The notes: generated by a model not told the origin, from the letters alone. A stretch of 64,000 bases of DNA from Octopus vulgaris (GCA_951406725.2 OX597818.1:72664001-72728000); one strand, 5' to 3'; shown: positions 30,428-44,061, numbered from the stretch's first letter. Numbers and translations are program-made.

Positions 30428-30651
30428 GCTGGCAGAAACGTTAGCACGCCGGGCGAAATGCGTAGCCGTATTTCGTCTGCGGTTACGTTGTGAGTTCAAA
30501 TTCCGCCGAGGTGGACTTTGCTTTCATCCTTTCGGGGTCGATAAATTAAGTACCAGTTACGCACTGGGGTCGATGTAATCGACTTAATACCTATGTCTGT
30601 CCTTGTTTGTCCCCTCTGTGTTTAGCCCCTTGTGGGTAATAAAGAAATAGG
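30428..30651 (+). mobile_element. SINE family D with Meta-like central domain and 10-bp TSD
   Basis: B box GAGTTCAAATTCC, central GCTTTCATCCTTTCGGGGTCGATAAATTAAGTACCAG, and direct repeat TATTTAAATA at 30418-30427 and 30652-30661. Confidence 0.85.
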
Positions 30652-30950
30652 TATTTAAATAAGCCTAAGGCATATAGCGAGCACGGTGCAATGACTAAGA
30701 AAAATAGTTTAATCATGGGGCATTTAAGCCCTTGACAGAAAAGAAGTAGGCTTTCCTATACGCGTGGAATTCGAACCCACATCCATTTGTTAACACAAAT
30801 AGTCACGTTAACAAAGGCATGTGTATTCGAGTCCCACACGGATAGGAAAGTCTACTTCTTCCTGTCAAGGGACTTAAACGCCCCATTATTGGTCTATTTT
30901 TGGACATTATTGCACTGTGATCGCTACAAGCTTTGGGCTTGTATAAATAA
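30652..30950. mobile_element. Imperfect palindromic element of about 300 bp (MITE/foldback-like)
   Basis: Arms of about 140 bp, e.g. GGGGCATTTAAGCCCTTGACAGAAAAGAAGTAGGCTTTCCTAT versus ATAGGAAAGTCTACTTCTTCCTGTCAAGGGACTTAAACGCCCC. Confidence 0.8.
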
Positions 30951-31256
30951 CACTTATATATATATATATATATTTCAACAATTGAGGGTAAAATTAATTA
31001 ATTATTAATCAATTTCACCAAGTATTCAGTATGTAAAGGGACCATTTAAGGCGAATTCAAAATATTACATTTTATAAAGGGCTTAGTAAAATAAATTACT
31101 TTGCCACATACTGAACTCATTAGAAATAGCAGCCAAAAAAATTTTTTAGCCGAATTCTAATACTTAAAGAAAATTTCTCTCAGATAGTGCTTACTCAGAA
31201 TAGCCCACGAAGGTATGGGGGTAAAAACATTAAAAAAATCACAAATGCAAAGGTTA

Positions 31257-31318
31257 TTTGAGAACGTACGTTTCTAGATCAGCCAAATACAATTCGACAT
31301 TTCTTTCGTCAGCCCAAA
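31257..31318 (-). ncRNA. Type I hammerhead ribozyme (array unit)
   Basis: TTTGGG-CTGACGA-stem II-GAAA-CGTACG-TT/CTCAAA. Confidence 0.75.
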
Positions 31319-32633
31319 ATTCCTTAATTCGGATTTGCAAACACTGAAAGTAGGAGCATACCCTTTTGGCGAATTTTCACCTCAGAAGATCCGCTCAGAC
31401 TATCAGTGCCAACAAATTCAAAATATGTAAGCGAAGAATTTCTGCCCTCCCCTTTCCACCCACGTGGTCTAATCTAGCAAACACCATAATTTTATCGGTG
31501 AAAACCGAAGCATTAAACAGAGAGAAATGAATTATAATTTCAACAATTGAGGGTAAAATTAATTAATTATTATCAATTTCACCAAGTATTCAGTATGTAA
31601 AGGGACCATTTAAGGCGAATTCAAAATATTACATTTTATAAAGGGCTTAGTAAAATAAATTACTTTGCCACATACTTTGTATTTGGCTGATCTAGAAACG
31701 TACGTTCTCAAATAACCTTTGCATTTGTGATTTTTTTAATGTTTTTACCCCCATACCTTCGTGGGCTGTTCTGAGTAAGCACTATCTGAGAGAAATTTTC
31801 TGTAAGTATTAGAATTCGGCTAAAAAACTTTTTTGGGCTGCTATTTCTAATGAGTTCAGTATGTGGCAAAGTAATTTATTTTACTAAGCCCTTTATAAAA
31901 TGTAATATTTTGAATTCGCCTTAAATGGTCCCTTTACATACTGAATACTTGGTGAAATTGATTAATAATTAATTAATTTTACCCTCAATTGTTGAAATTA
32001 TAATTCATTTCTCTCTGTTTAATGCTTCGGTTTTCACCGATAAAATTATGGTGTTTGCTAGATTAGACCACGTGGGTGGAAAGGGGAGGGCAGAAATTCT
32101 TCGCTTGCATATTTTGAATTTGTTGGCACTGATAGTCTGAGCGGATCTTCTGAGGTGAAAATTCGCCAAAAGGGTATGCTCCATACCTGAGTAAGCACTA
32201 TCTGAGAGAAATTTTCTTTAAGTATTAGAATTCGGCTAAAAAAATTTTTTGGGGCTGCTATTTCTAATGAGTTCAGTATGTGGCAAAGTAATTTATTTTA
32301 CTAAGCCCTTTATAAAATGTAATATTTTGAATTCGCCTTAAATGGTCCCTTTACATACTGAATACTTGATGAAATTGATTAATAATTAATTAATTTTACC
32401 CTCAATTGTTGAAATTATAATTCATTTCTCTCTGTTTAATGCTTCGGTTTTCACCGATAAAATTATGGTGTTTGCTAGATTAGACCACGTGGGTGGAAAG
32501 GGGAGGGCAGAAATTCTTCGCTTGCATATTTTGAATTTGTTGGCACTGATAGTCTGAGCGGATCTTCTGAGGTGAAAATTCGCCAAAAGGGTATGCTCCT
32601 ACTTTCAGTGTTTGCAAATCCGAATTAAGGAAT

Positions 32634-32695
32634 TTTGGGCTGACGAAAGAAGTGTCGAATTGTATTTGGCTGATCTAGAAACGTACGTTCTCAAA
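32634..32695 (+). ncRNA. Type I hammerhead ribozyme (array unit)
   Basis: Stem I TTTGGG/CTCAAA, core CTGACGA, stem II AGA..GTCGAAT/ATTTGGC..TCT, GAAA, palindromic stem III ACGTACGT, GUU site. Confidence 0.75.
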
Positions 32696-33200
32696 TAACC
32701 TTTGCATTTGTGATTTTTTTAATGTTTTTACCCCCATACCTTCGTGGGCTATTCTGAGTAAGCACTATCTGAGAGAAATTTTCTTTAAGTATTAGAATTC
32801 GGCTAAAAAAATTTTTTTGGGCTGCTATTTCTAATGAGTTCAGTATGTGGCAAAGTAATTTATTTTACTAAGCCCTTTATAAAATGTAATATTTTGAATT
32901 CGCCTTAAATGGTCCCTTTACATACTGAATACTTGATGAAATTGATTAATAATTAATTAATTTTACCCTCAATTGTTGAAATTATAATTCATTTCTCTCT
33001 GTTTAATGCTTCGGTTTTCACCGATAAAATTATGGTGTTTGCTAGATTAGACCACGTGGGTGGAAAGGGGAGGGCAGAAATTCTTCGCTTGCATATTTTG
33101 AATTTGTTGGCACTGATAGTCTGAGCGGATCTTCTGAGGTGAAAATTCGCCAAAAGGGTATGCTCCTACTTTCAGTGTTTGCAAATACGAATTAAGGAAT

Positions 33201-33262
33201 TTTGGGCTGACGAAAGAAATGTCGAATTGTATTTGGCTGATCTAGAAACGTACGTTCTCAAA
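33201..33262 (+). ncRNA. Type I hammerhead ribozyme (array unit)
   Basis: Same motif 567 bp downstream of the previous copy. Confidence 0.75.
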
Positions 33263-33644
33263 TAACCTTTGCATTTGTGATTTTTTTAATGTTTTTACCC
33301 CCATACCTTCGTGGGCTATTCTGAGTAAGCACTATCTGAGAGAAATTTTCTTTAAGTATTAGAATTCGGCTAAAAAAAATTTTTTTGGCTGCTATTTCTA
33401 ATGAGTTCAGTATGTGGCAAAGTAATTTATTTTACTAAGCCCTTTATAAAATGTAATATATATATATATATATATATACATACATACACACATACATATG
33501 CACATGTATGTATATATACACATATATGCATATATACACACGTACATACACATATACACACAAATACACGTTTATACACATACTCACATATACTCATACA
33601 CAAGCACACAGACACACACAAACATAAACCCATATACATGCATG

Positions 33645-33708
<64 letters not shown>

Positions 33709-33828
33709 ATAAGAGTAAATAATTTCTATAAAGGTTTCTAAAAAACCCACAATTATTTACTGGTAGAATTCGGTATGTAAATATAGCCGATTACCGGCAG
33801 GAACTTCTGTAAAGTTCATGTGTGTGTA

Positions 33829-33872
<44 letters not shown>

Positions 33873-34800
33873 TACACACGCATATAGATGCACATACACA
33901 CATATATATGCACACATACGTATACATACATACATACACATACACATATACACACATATACAGATACACACATATACATCAATATCTATACGTATACATG
34001 GACATATACGCACATAAGCAAACACACACATATATATATATACACATATACCCACACATATAAATACATGTGTATTTGAAATTGTATGTTTATGCATATA
34101 TGTATATATATATGTGCGTATATATATGTGTGTGTGTGCACATGCACATAGGTACACCTGGAGACATTTGTATGTATGTGTGTACGTAGATGCAGGTGTG
34201 TGTGTGTTGATGTTTTTGTGTATCAGTGCATGTATTCATACGTGTGTGTTTGTGCGAATGTATGTGTATGTGGATGTATGCGTGCATGTTTGAGTGTGTG
34301 TCTATGTGATTAGGTAGGGGGCTCACCATGCTAGCTGTGAAAGATGAATAGAGTGACCAAAGATCAAAGGATTCACAAAGGATTTTAGAAGAACTCAACA
34401 TTTTTTGACCACTCCTAACGTATTCCATTTCTTTATTCCTGACAAACTAAACTCTTCACCCTACCATTTTCAACGTCTGTTTTTTTCTTCTTCCTCTTGC
34501 TTTTCGTCATGTTCGTTTTGTCATTCTTTTCTACCTCTTTCTTTTACTTTTTCCCCTGTTTCTTCTATTCCTTTTCTTTTTCGTTTCTTGTTTTTTTACA
34601 CCTGGTGTTGTATTTACTTTATGTATTCTTTTATAATTTTTTTATATTATTTCAATATTATCTTTATATTGATTTTTACATTTTTTATTTTCTATATTTA
34701 TTTTCTATCTTGTATTTTCTATTTTCTATTTTTCTTCTTTATTTGTATACTTCTAAGAAAAAAATGCTTGTTATACAAGCAACCTTCTAAACCACAGAAT

Positions 34801-34852
34801 TTCAGTCTGAAAACGGCTATCGAAAAGCCCGAAACTCATTAGAGTAACAGGA
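34801..34852 (+). ncRNA. Degenerate hammerhead motif
   Basis: CTGAAAA-CGGCT..AGCCC-GAAA-CTC-ATTA-GAG-TA; the element ends in (TA)n near 34904. Confidence 0.5.
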
Positions 34853-34899
34853 AACTTTATCATAAAAATCAGAATTACCCCACCAAAAGTCAACTCTAT

Positions 34900-34946
<47 letters not shown>

Positions 34947-35586
34947 GGAGAGAGAGAGAGAGAGAGAGAGCGGGAGAGAGGGAGAAAGAGAGATACATAG
35001 ATAGATACATAGATAAATTGATAGATATACGTATGTATATGCACATATACATATACATAAAAAATATATATATATTATAGTTAGGCAGGATAAAATCCCA
35101 GCTGTTATCTCTTGAAGCACATTTGCTAATTCTATATGTAGTTGCTGAAGTTATATTGCTGCACATATCAGATTTGAAAATTCTGAAAATATTGTTTCCA
35201 GACATGTTCCATTTCATAAGAAGAATTAAATAGTTTAAATGTTGAATAGTTATATAAGGAATCCTGTATTAGAAAGTCGTCAGAGAGAATTAAACAATGT
35301 ACATTTTCAAATAATTAGTTATTACATATTGCTTATTATTCTCTACCTGAATAATTTCTAAAAGGAAACGCCTTTCATACATGTCTCATATATAAAACAC
35401 TGTAATTCTTATTAGCAAATGAAACATGCATAATGATGAATAAATACTAATAGAAAAAGGTTCCGACAACCTGTTTTATCAAACATGTAAACAAACACTC
35501 ATTTATAAGCATGCATTAACGTACACATATCCTTATCTATATCCCACACAGTCTATCAATCTATCTATCTATTATCTACGTATATA

Positions 35587-35675
<89 letters not shown>

Positions 35676-35714
35676 ATATATATATATATATAAATATGTA
35701 TATATATATAAAAA

Positions 35715-35920
35715 ATTAATCCAAACAAGAAAACACAAAAAAACACAGCAACGCGAGGACGTGGAACAAATAAAGTATTATTGGACGCTCAGGAAAGAAG
35801 GGAAGGAGGGTCTAACTTTTCGAGCGGAGCTCTTCGTCGGAAACAAAGGAGAAGGAAAGATCCCGAGAAGGGAAGACAGAGGAAAAAAAATTGCTGGCGG
35901 TGCTCACGAGGTCACAACCG
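35715..35920 (-). mobile_element. Short dispersed element with hammerhead-like core
   Basis: Minus strand GTTT-CCGACGA-AGAGC-TCC-GCTC-GAAA-AGTT-AGAC at 35810-35844. Confidence 0.55.
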
Positions 35921-35973
35921 GAGTAAACACATACATTTGAAATAAGTTGGAAAAAAAAATACAAGAGGTAGAG

Positions 35974-36083
35974 TAATATACTTTATTTAAAAGCAGCAGA
36001 AATTTAACAAAAGCAGTTACTCGGAATTTCACGTTCCCTTTCGTCGGACAGTTTTGTTAAATTTCTGCTGCTTTTAAATAAAG

Positions 36084-36090
<7 letters not shown>
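35974..36090. repeat. 39-bp inverted repeat enclosing a degenerate hammerhead-like core
   Basis: 35974-36012 versus 36052-36090; the minus-strand spacer contains CCGACGA..GAAA..GTA; abuts (TA)n. Confidence 0.7.
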
Positions 36091-36159
<69 letters not shown>

Positions 36160-36286
36160 ATATATATATATATAAAACCAGTACATAAATAGAGAGAGAA
36201 ATTGATAGATAGGATGATAGAGGTGGATAGATAGATAGATAGTTTGACACTTAGGTAAGATTCAGTGAGAACTGACGAAGGCCACG

Positions 36287-36339
<53 letters not shown>

Positions 36340-36849
36340 ATATACACTCACACGCATATATAATTATATATATATATGTAAGTGTGTGTGCCTGTGTGCA
36401 TGTGTGTATATAAATACACGCACAGCCACACAATCACACGCACATGTGCACACACAGACACTCATATATATATATGTATATAGGTATATAGAAACATATT
36501 GACACACGTATATAATGAAAAATACTTATTGAAGTTTATGAGTGACTGAAAAATTCGAATCTATTAAGACGAGAATATCGTTTGACGAATTCAAATAGAG
36601 GAAGACATGTATCGGAGATGATTAGGTGTGAAGATATTGACAGGAATACAGGTGAAGAAAAAGATATTTCGATTGTGCGCTGAATGACATTGACCTCTAT
36701 TGAGATAAACTAATCATCTATGCGTGGAAAAGTAAACGAATTCACACCAGCACAGACACAAAACAATGTTATACATATGTTTGCATGCATGCATGTATAT
36801 ATATATATATATATATATACATATATGTATATATATATATGTATATATA

Positions 36850-36884
<35 letters not shown>

Positions 36885-37105
36885 ACATATACGTATATAA
36901 GTATAACTACTAATACATAAATATGTATATATATGCATGAATTATATATATATATACAAAAAGCAATAAAGATTCAAGTTAATTTAAATGAATTTACTTG
37001 AATATGGTACCTAACTTAGATGCACCAAAAAAAACTATACTGATTTAACAATACAGTAATGTGGAGTGATTATAAGCGAGAATGAAGCAACAAGAATGGA
37101 TAGGT

Positions 37106-37196
37106 TTTTAGTACAATCGTTTCATACAAGGACAGGTTTTATTAAAAGTTGCAAAAATTACAGCATATAAACGTGTCCCGTACTCATCAGCTAAAA
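37106..37196 (-). ncRNA. Type I hammerhead ribozyme
   Basis: Mirror copy of 37247-37337. Confidence 0.85.
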
Positions 37197-37246
37197 TACA
37201 TGTGAGTTCTCTAGACATCCTAGGATGTCTAGAGAACTCACATGTA

Positions 37247-37337
37247 TTTTAGCTGATGAGTACGGGACACGTTTATATGCTGTAATTTTTGCAACTTTTA
37301 ATAAAACCTGTCCTTGTATGAAACGATTGTACTAAAA
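37247..37337 (+). ncRNA. Type I hammerhead ribozyme with extended stem II
   Basis: TTTTAG-CTGATGA-GTACGGGACA..TGTCCTTGTAT-GAAA-C-GATT-G-TA/CTAAAA: canonical core, GUA site, 6-bp stem I. Confidence 0.85.
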
Positions 37338-37368
37338 ACCTATCCATTCTTGTTGCTTCATTCTCGCT

Positions 37369-37404
<36 letters not shown>

Positions 37405-37578
37405 ATTTATGCATATATATACATATTTATGTATTAATAGTTATACTTATATACGTATATGTGCATATACATATATATGTATATTCATATATGTACATCT
37501 ATATATATATATATATCATGTATATACGCGCATATATATATATGTATATTGATTGATGGATATTCAATCATATATATC

Positions 37579-37624
<46 letters not shown>

Positions 37625-39956
37625 TACATATACATACATATATATGTGTGTGTATGTATTGATATGCCACATTTATATAGAAGTAACTTGCGTGCCTTCA
37701 CGATTTTAACTATGTATGTAAATCTTACCCTTAATATATAAGATATTATCTTATACCTTTACATACCGCTACTAAAAGAAGCCGGAAGTCATATGAAATT
37801 AACCAGCGGAAGGAATTTGAAATATGTCAAACGAGATCGAATATAGAATAGAAAGGATGGCAGACAAATTAGTTACAATTGTTTGAATGTTCTCAAACTT
37901 ATCATATGCACTGTTGTATTAAACAACGACAACATAGATATATTTGCAGTCCTCAAGGCATTTGGTATACTTGAAAATGTATTCCTACTCAGTACTGCAT
38001 AGGTTCTACGCAACGATTTATTAATTCCGTAACGCAACGTACCACAGTTCTACTACCGGCCAAAAAAGTAAAGAGCAACTGAGACTTAAATATATTACAT
38101 AAAATCACAGAGGAAAAAAAAGAACAAAAATCGTCCAAGAATACATTGTAACAGCCATAATAAAATGAACTTCGATTTGTATGAAGTTACAAGGAATCGT
38201 GTCATATTAAAATGCATATTTCTCTGAAATCAGTCCAGATATTAATTAGCCCAACATTATGTAAAACAAAAATACAGCATGAACAAAACATGAAATATCA
38301 TATAAAACTAATATGGCGCTGATCCTACCGATGACATTTATATTCAGCCACTTAAATTACGAAGCCACCCTCTCGTAAATCATGGCAACCCTATACTCTA
38401 GTAATAACTGCGGAATATATATTTTGCATATTTGCCTCCCAACAATATAATACAGCTTAGAAAACTCTAGACGATTACTGCGAAACCTATTACAATCTGT
38501 AGTTACTTCGTCAGTCACCTATCAGTACTATTACATCCTTTATACACCAATACTTTACATAAATATTCAAACCCTCTAATTCTATAACACCAGATTCACT
38601 ACATACAATCCATATAATCCCAGCTTGAGTTTAAAACATAGTGTCTGTAGTACATATTTTTCACAAATAACGTCCTATACCGTAACACTGGTATTATTAC
38701 ACATAGTCATCTCAATCACTTCCAAATGCTGTTATACATTTCACACAAGACATATTCTACACAATAACCTTCTCAACATAATGCCATACCGCTGCTAGTC
38801 ACAGAGTGGATTCTTTTGGCTGTGTTCCTCTTAAAATAGGTAATACGTAAAGCTTCTATAACGTATGACATATCTATCAACGATATTGTTCATTTAGGAA
38901 TATCGTAGAGATGGTCCTGATTTTACTATCCGCTGATCCATTTGGATCAGACTGAAACGTTCAATAGTACCGAATATTGATGTTTGACAGCTGCAATTTG
39001 AAGAGACTAATTTCAGTCAGCTTTTCGATGTCCATTGTTTTATTATGAAGACGAATTTGATCTGTGGTACCATCAAGGTACTAATTAGTGGAACTATCTG
39101 ATATAGGAATTTTGGATACCAAGATTTGCTCTGCTCATTGTATTTACATTTTTCTGTTTGAAAAACTACCCATAGAAACAAAATAGAAACAGGTGTGGCA
39201 AGCCTTCACAATTCTGAAGAATTAATCTGATTATGTATTAATAATGGCAACTGAGTAGACTTGCATCAGAATATCTATATATATATACACCGTGTCGTAT
39301 CTTCCGATTGTCGTTTGTAGCAGGGCAGATGCTAGAGATCTGTTTCGATTCAGACTTCTAAGTGAGTAAGAACTAGGTTGAGGTTAGCAGCAATAAGGCG
39401 AGGGCCATTCTGAAAGCGGCAGAGAGTAAATGATCCATTAATGATAAGACAGCGATGAGACAGAGTTGATGGTGCTTGAATCCGCTGTGCGATTCATTTT
39501 TCCCTGACTGATGTACCTTCGCATGAAGAGCGACAGACAAATTTGGAATGTCTGTAATTCTGCTTGTCTGTATGTTTATGTTACAAAATCTATAGCACAT
39601 AGAATTATGATAATGTGTAGGCGTGAGCTAATGTTGCGTTTGTGTCTATGGGCAACCTACAAAAATCTTTAACATAGCAGTACTTCACTGCCTTTCCGAA
39701 TAAAATTTATATTTATAGAAGTGACTTTGGTTGAGCTTGTTGAATATGCACGAAAATTTATGTAACAGTTCTGTACAAACAAGATCAGTTTTGGAGCTTT
39801 ACTGTAAAATGTGTTTATGTCCAGCTGCTGTAATTTCGAATAGGAGAGATCTGACAATCTGGTGAGCATCTCGTAAAATAGCATCACTTCCCTCTCTACG
39901 CGAAAATCCACGGATTCCTTCACTCTAATACATTTTGGTTAGAGTTAGGTATTCTG

Positions 39957-40011
<55 letters not shown>

Positions 40012-40012
<1 letters not shown>

Positions 40013-40770
40013 GCTTTCACTTCACTACCGAGCGCAGCTCTGTGTGCCTTGGGTATGTGCTGTGATTGTTGTGATGCTCTGATGGTTACTGTATTGAAAG
40101 TGTTCTGCGTAGTATGTGTGCAGTGCCTATTTGTCTGAATATGTTTTATCAAGCCTAAAGCACCTACTATGATAGGAATTGTTTCTGTTTTTATATTCCA
40201 CATTCTAGTTACCTCTATTTCCAGGTCTTTGTATTTTGAAAGTTTCTCCATTTCTTTTAGAGACACGTTGTCATCTGCTGGTATTGATACATCAATAAGA
40301 AAGCATTTTTTTCTTGATGATCTCTGACAACTATATCTGGTCTGTTGGCCTTAATTTCTCTATCTGTGTGTTTTGGCATATCCCAGAGTATGGTTGCTTT
40401 CTCGTTTTCTGTGACCTTTTTTGACGTGTGCCTATACCATCTTTTTTCTGTTGTTATTCCATAATGTTGGCATATCTTCCAGTGTATGTAGGTCCCATCT
40501 CTGTCGTGTCTGTGAATATATTCCTTCTTAACCAGGACTGGGCAGCCAGAGATAATAGGACTTATTGTTTCTTGTCCATCTCCACATATTCTGTAGTTAC
40601 TTGTTATATTTCTTTTCATTACATGTTTTGGTAATTTCTGGTGGGGAGGTCTTGTGCTGCAATCAAAACTCCCTCTGTCTCTGCTTTGAGTCCTGAGCTT
40701 CTCAACCATTGCTGGGATTTTTCTTTGTCTATTTCTTTTGCATTTAGTTTAATCAGTATTTGCCATGAAG
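40012..40770 (-). mobile_element. R4/Dong-clade LINE 3' fragment in (AAT)n
   Basis: CRICG-like..ET..IISGCP..YIHRHD..ILWD..NRPDIVV..KLSKYKDL..PIIVGALG; ATT repeats on both sides. Confidence 0.88.
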
Positions 40771-40800
40771 GGGCTTATTATTATTATTATATTATTATTA

Positions 40801-41261
40801 CTTTTTTTTTTCTTTCAAATTTGCTTCCATTTCTTGCCGAGTGTCTTTCCGACTCCTAGGGCAAAGAAACTCATAGTATACATTGGTAGGCCATTAAACC
40901 AAACTCAGTAGTTCGTTCACTTTTTTTTTTTTTAAGTTAAATTAAAATACATGAGCAGCAACAGTTCTCACATCGACAATGCTCTTCTCAATACGTGTGA
41001 TGTACCAGTTAAGACAATCTTTTGCACTTCTTGCAGGGATGGTAAGCCAGGGATCATTCTCATATAATTTTCGGTTCCCTTCTTGATCATTCCTAGTGCT
41101 CCTACGATCACTGGTATTGTAACCGACTTGAGATGCCACATTTTCTCAATTTCAATGAGTAGGTCTTTATATTTTCTGAGCTTGTCAAACTCTTTCGCTG
41201 AGATATTATGATCACAGGGGATGCTCATGTCGATCAATAAGCAAACTTTATTGTTTTGGTC

Positions 41262-41263
<2 letters not shown>
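40801..41263 (-). mobile_element. R4/Dong-clade LINE 3' fragment (different 3' UTR) in (AAT)n
   Basis: CLLIDMSIPCD..KLRKYKDL..PVIVGALG..QKIVLTGTSHVLRRAL, open to the stop at 40968. Confidence 0.88.
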
Positions 41264-41325
<62 letters not shown>

Positions 41326-41424
41326 ATTATTATCATTTTTATGGGGGAAGCACTATGACCAATAATGAATAGATTATTATCAATAATAATTATGATGATA
41401 ACGAGAATGATAATGATAATATTT

Positions 41425-41632
41425 TCGAATTTCCTAACAAGCACAGTAATTTGAGGGGTGGGACTCAGTCGATTACATCGACTCCAGTACTTGACTGATA
41501 TTGTTATCGATCCCAAATGGAGGAAAAGCCAAGTAGATTTTGGAGGAATTTGAACTCAGAACTTTTATCTGGAAGAAATACCACTATGCATTTTGTTCGG
41601 CACAGTAACGACTCTGATAGGTTGCCGCCTTA
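41425..41632 (-). mobile_element. Degraded SINE related to family D
   Basis: GAGTTCAAATTCC..GGGATCGATAA..ACTGGAGTCGATGTAATCGACT is shared with 30428-30651; the tail differs. Confidence 0.7.
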
Positions 41633-41638
41633 AACCAT

Positions 41639-41714
<76 letters not shown>

Positions 41715-42964
41715 CAACAACAACGATAATAACAATAATAATAATAAAAGTAATCGATACTTGTGTAACTATGTAGCATATTGCCAGGTGTTATCAAAAT
41801 TATGTTAATTGTTAAAATGAAATAGACAAATAATCGAAACTATACATTAGAAAATAAAAAAAAACTAAGTTGAGCCCTGTCTGTTGCTAGCATTTGGACC
41901 CTCTATCCAGTTTGAGGAAATATTCAACCTTACCTCTCCCCAGTCTGGAAGGTCCTACAAGAGACATGGGTAGCGCTTTCCATTCTGACTAAAGGATAAA
42001 AGAAATGTACACCGAATATAGACAAATAAAGGTATATCAAATATATAAAACACAAAGCGTGGCTTTATGAAAATTATTTCCCCCTTTAGATAATGTTTCA
42101 TAATTACCAGCTGGCAATTAAGACTTCACTCGAGAAAGGGAGATAATCTAAGGTTTAACGTATTTCCTTAGTTGACGTGCCAATAAGTTAAAGAGCGAGT
42201 TTATCTGGATTAGATTCTAATCCACGATATAGTGCCTACCACATTTCTCTGATATCTACCATATTTTAAAATCTTACTCTGCTCTGCAGATCATGCATTT
42301 CTCTATAGCTTATATAAAAGTCTTCTATCAAATTTCATTTCGTTCTCTATCGGGTTGTTTTCTTTTTGTGTACATTGCATCGTGTTTTCCATTTTACTTG
42401 TATAATTATTGAGGTAAATCTTGCCTGTATTTTAAGAAGCAATATGCTTCACTTTTTTACACAACAATACATCACTTCACTGTAAGTCATTCTAGCCAGA
42501 CTTTTATTTTTTCCTTTCAGTATTTTCTTCGAGAAATACTGCAGTGTTTTTATATATTTTTGCGGTGTAGGATGACGAAGTTAAAAATGAAGTTGACGAC
42601 ATTACTGCTGCAGCTGGTGCTGATTATGGCGAAGATGATGATGATGATGATATAGATTATATTATGCTCCTGATAAATATATTACGTTAAAAAATCATTG
42701 TTTGAACAGCCCACAGGAAATATTATTACGTATATTAATTCCATTCTATATATATATATACATGTATGCAAATATATATATAATATATGTATATATATAT
42801 ATACGTACGCATATATATATATATATATTTGTGCACAGGCGTCTATATATGTGTATATATATGTTTGCATGTATATATATACACACATATATATGAATAT
42901 ATATATGCATAAATATATAAATATATATACATATATATGTATGTATGCATATACATACACACAC

Positions 42965-43029
<65 letters not shown>

Positions 43030-43708
43030 TATATATATATATATATATATATGAACACGCACATACACACTCATATATTGTATACATACATTGACTTTAC
43101 TATGTCATGTATTTATCGTATAACTTTGTAGATTTCCTTGTCAGCAAATATAGTATTTTTTAACCCTCTCCAAATTATTTTTACAGTTATATTGGAAATT
43201 CTGCCTTAGTAATTTTTCTTCAATAAAACCATCGTTTTCTGTTTACTTTTTGATTTTCTGTTTTCGTTCTTTCTTTCGATACTAATTGTCTTACTTTACT
43301 GTTTCAGAAACGTCAGCAATAACTATTAAATATTTAAAAATTCTCATCACTATAGTTCTTTATGTTGTTACTCTATGAATCTATTGATTCTTTTGTAGTA
43401 CATGTAGTTATTAAGAACGTTGTTACGTTTTTCTTATTGTTGTTTCTAGTGAAGTAATTCCTGAATAAACGGGTTTCTAAAACGGTGAAAGTATATATTT
43501 GAAATTTTTTCTTTACTGAAAAAAAAAAGAAAAAAACCCAGACAAAGCTTAGTAGACGCCTTATATATATGTTGTATCCTATTCCTATTTAGATCTACAC
43601 ACAGACGCACAGCCATTCATACACGCACACACGCTTAATTTTTATTCTGTCTCAGTCTATCTCCCACAAATATATATACATATGTAATATATATATACAT
43701 ATATTATA

Positions 43709-43784
<76 letters not shown>

Positions 43785-43807
43785 TATATATATACATGCA
43801 TGTATGT

Positions 43808-43847
<40 letters not shown>

Positions 43848-43999
43848 CATATACGTGTATATATATATGTGCGTGTGCATGTGTGTAATATATAAATATA
43901 TATTAGTAGCGCTTAAATACAGGCATCGTACCCTTTAAGTAAATAACATTTATCTTTCAACAGATGGAGTAGTTTTTTCTTGAATTATCTATATATAAC

Positions 44000-44061
<62 letters not shown>

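Larger units (their letters stand above)
30973..33459. repeat. Tandem and inverted array of a 565-567 bp hammerhead-containing unit (retrozyme-like)
   Basis: About 1.25 units minus-sense (30973-31676), then just over 3 units plus-sense (31677-33459), one with an internal deletion near 32182. Units are nearly identical, with (TA)n on both flanks. Confidence 0.95.
37071..37372. repeat. 302-bp spacer-free palindrome with a hammerhead in each arm
   Basis: Centre between 37221 and 37222 (CATCCT|AGGATG); the arms appear to be exact reverse complements. Confidence 0.95.

Noticed and set aside
30973-33459. CRISPR array or simple satellite
   Set aside because: Eukaryotic context with no repeat-spacer pattern. 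The units are long, few, partly inverted and contain an HHR.
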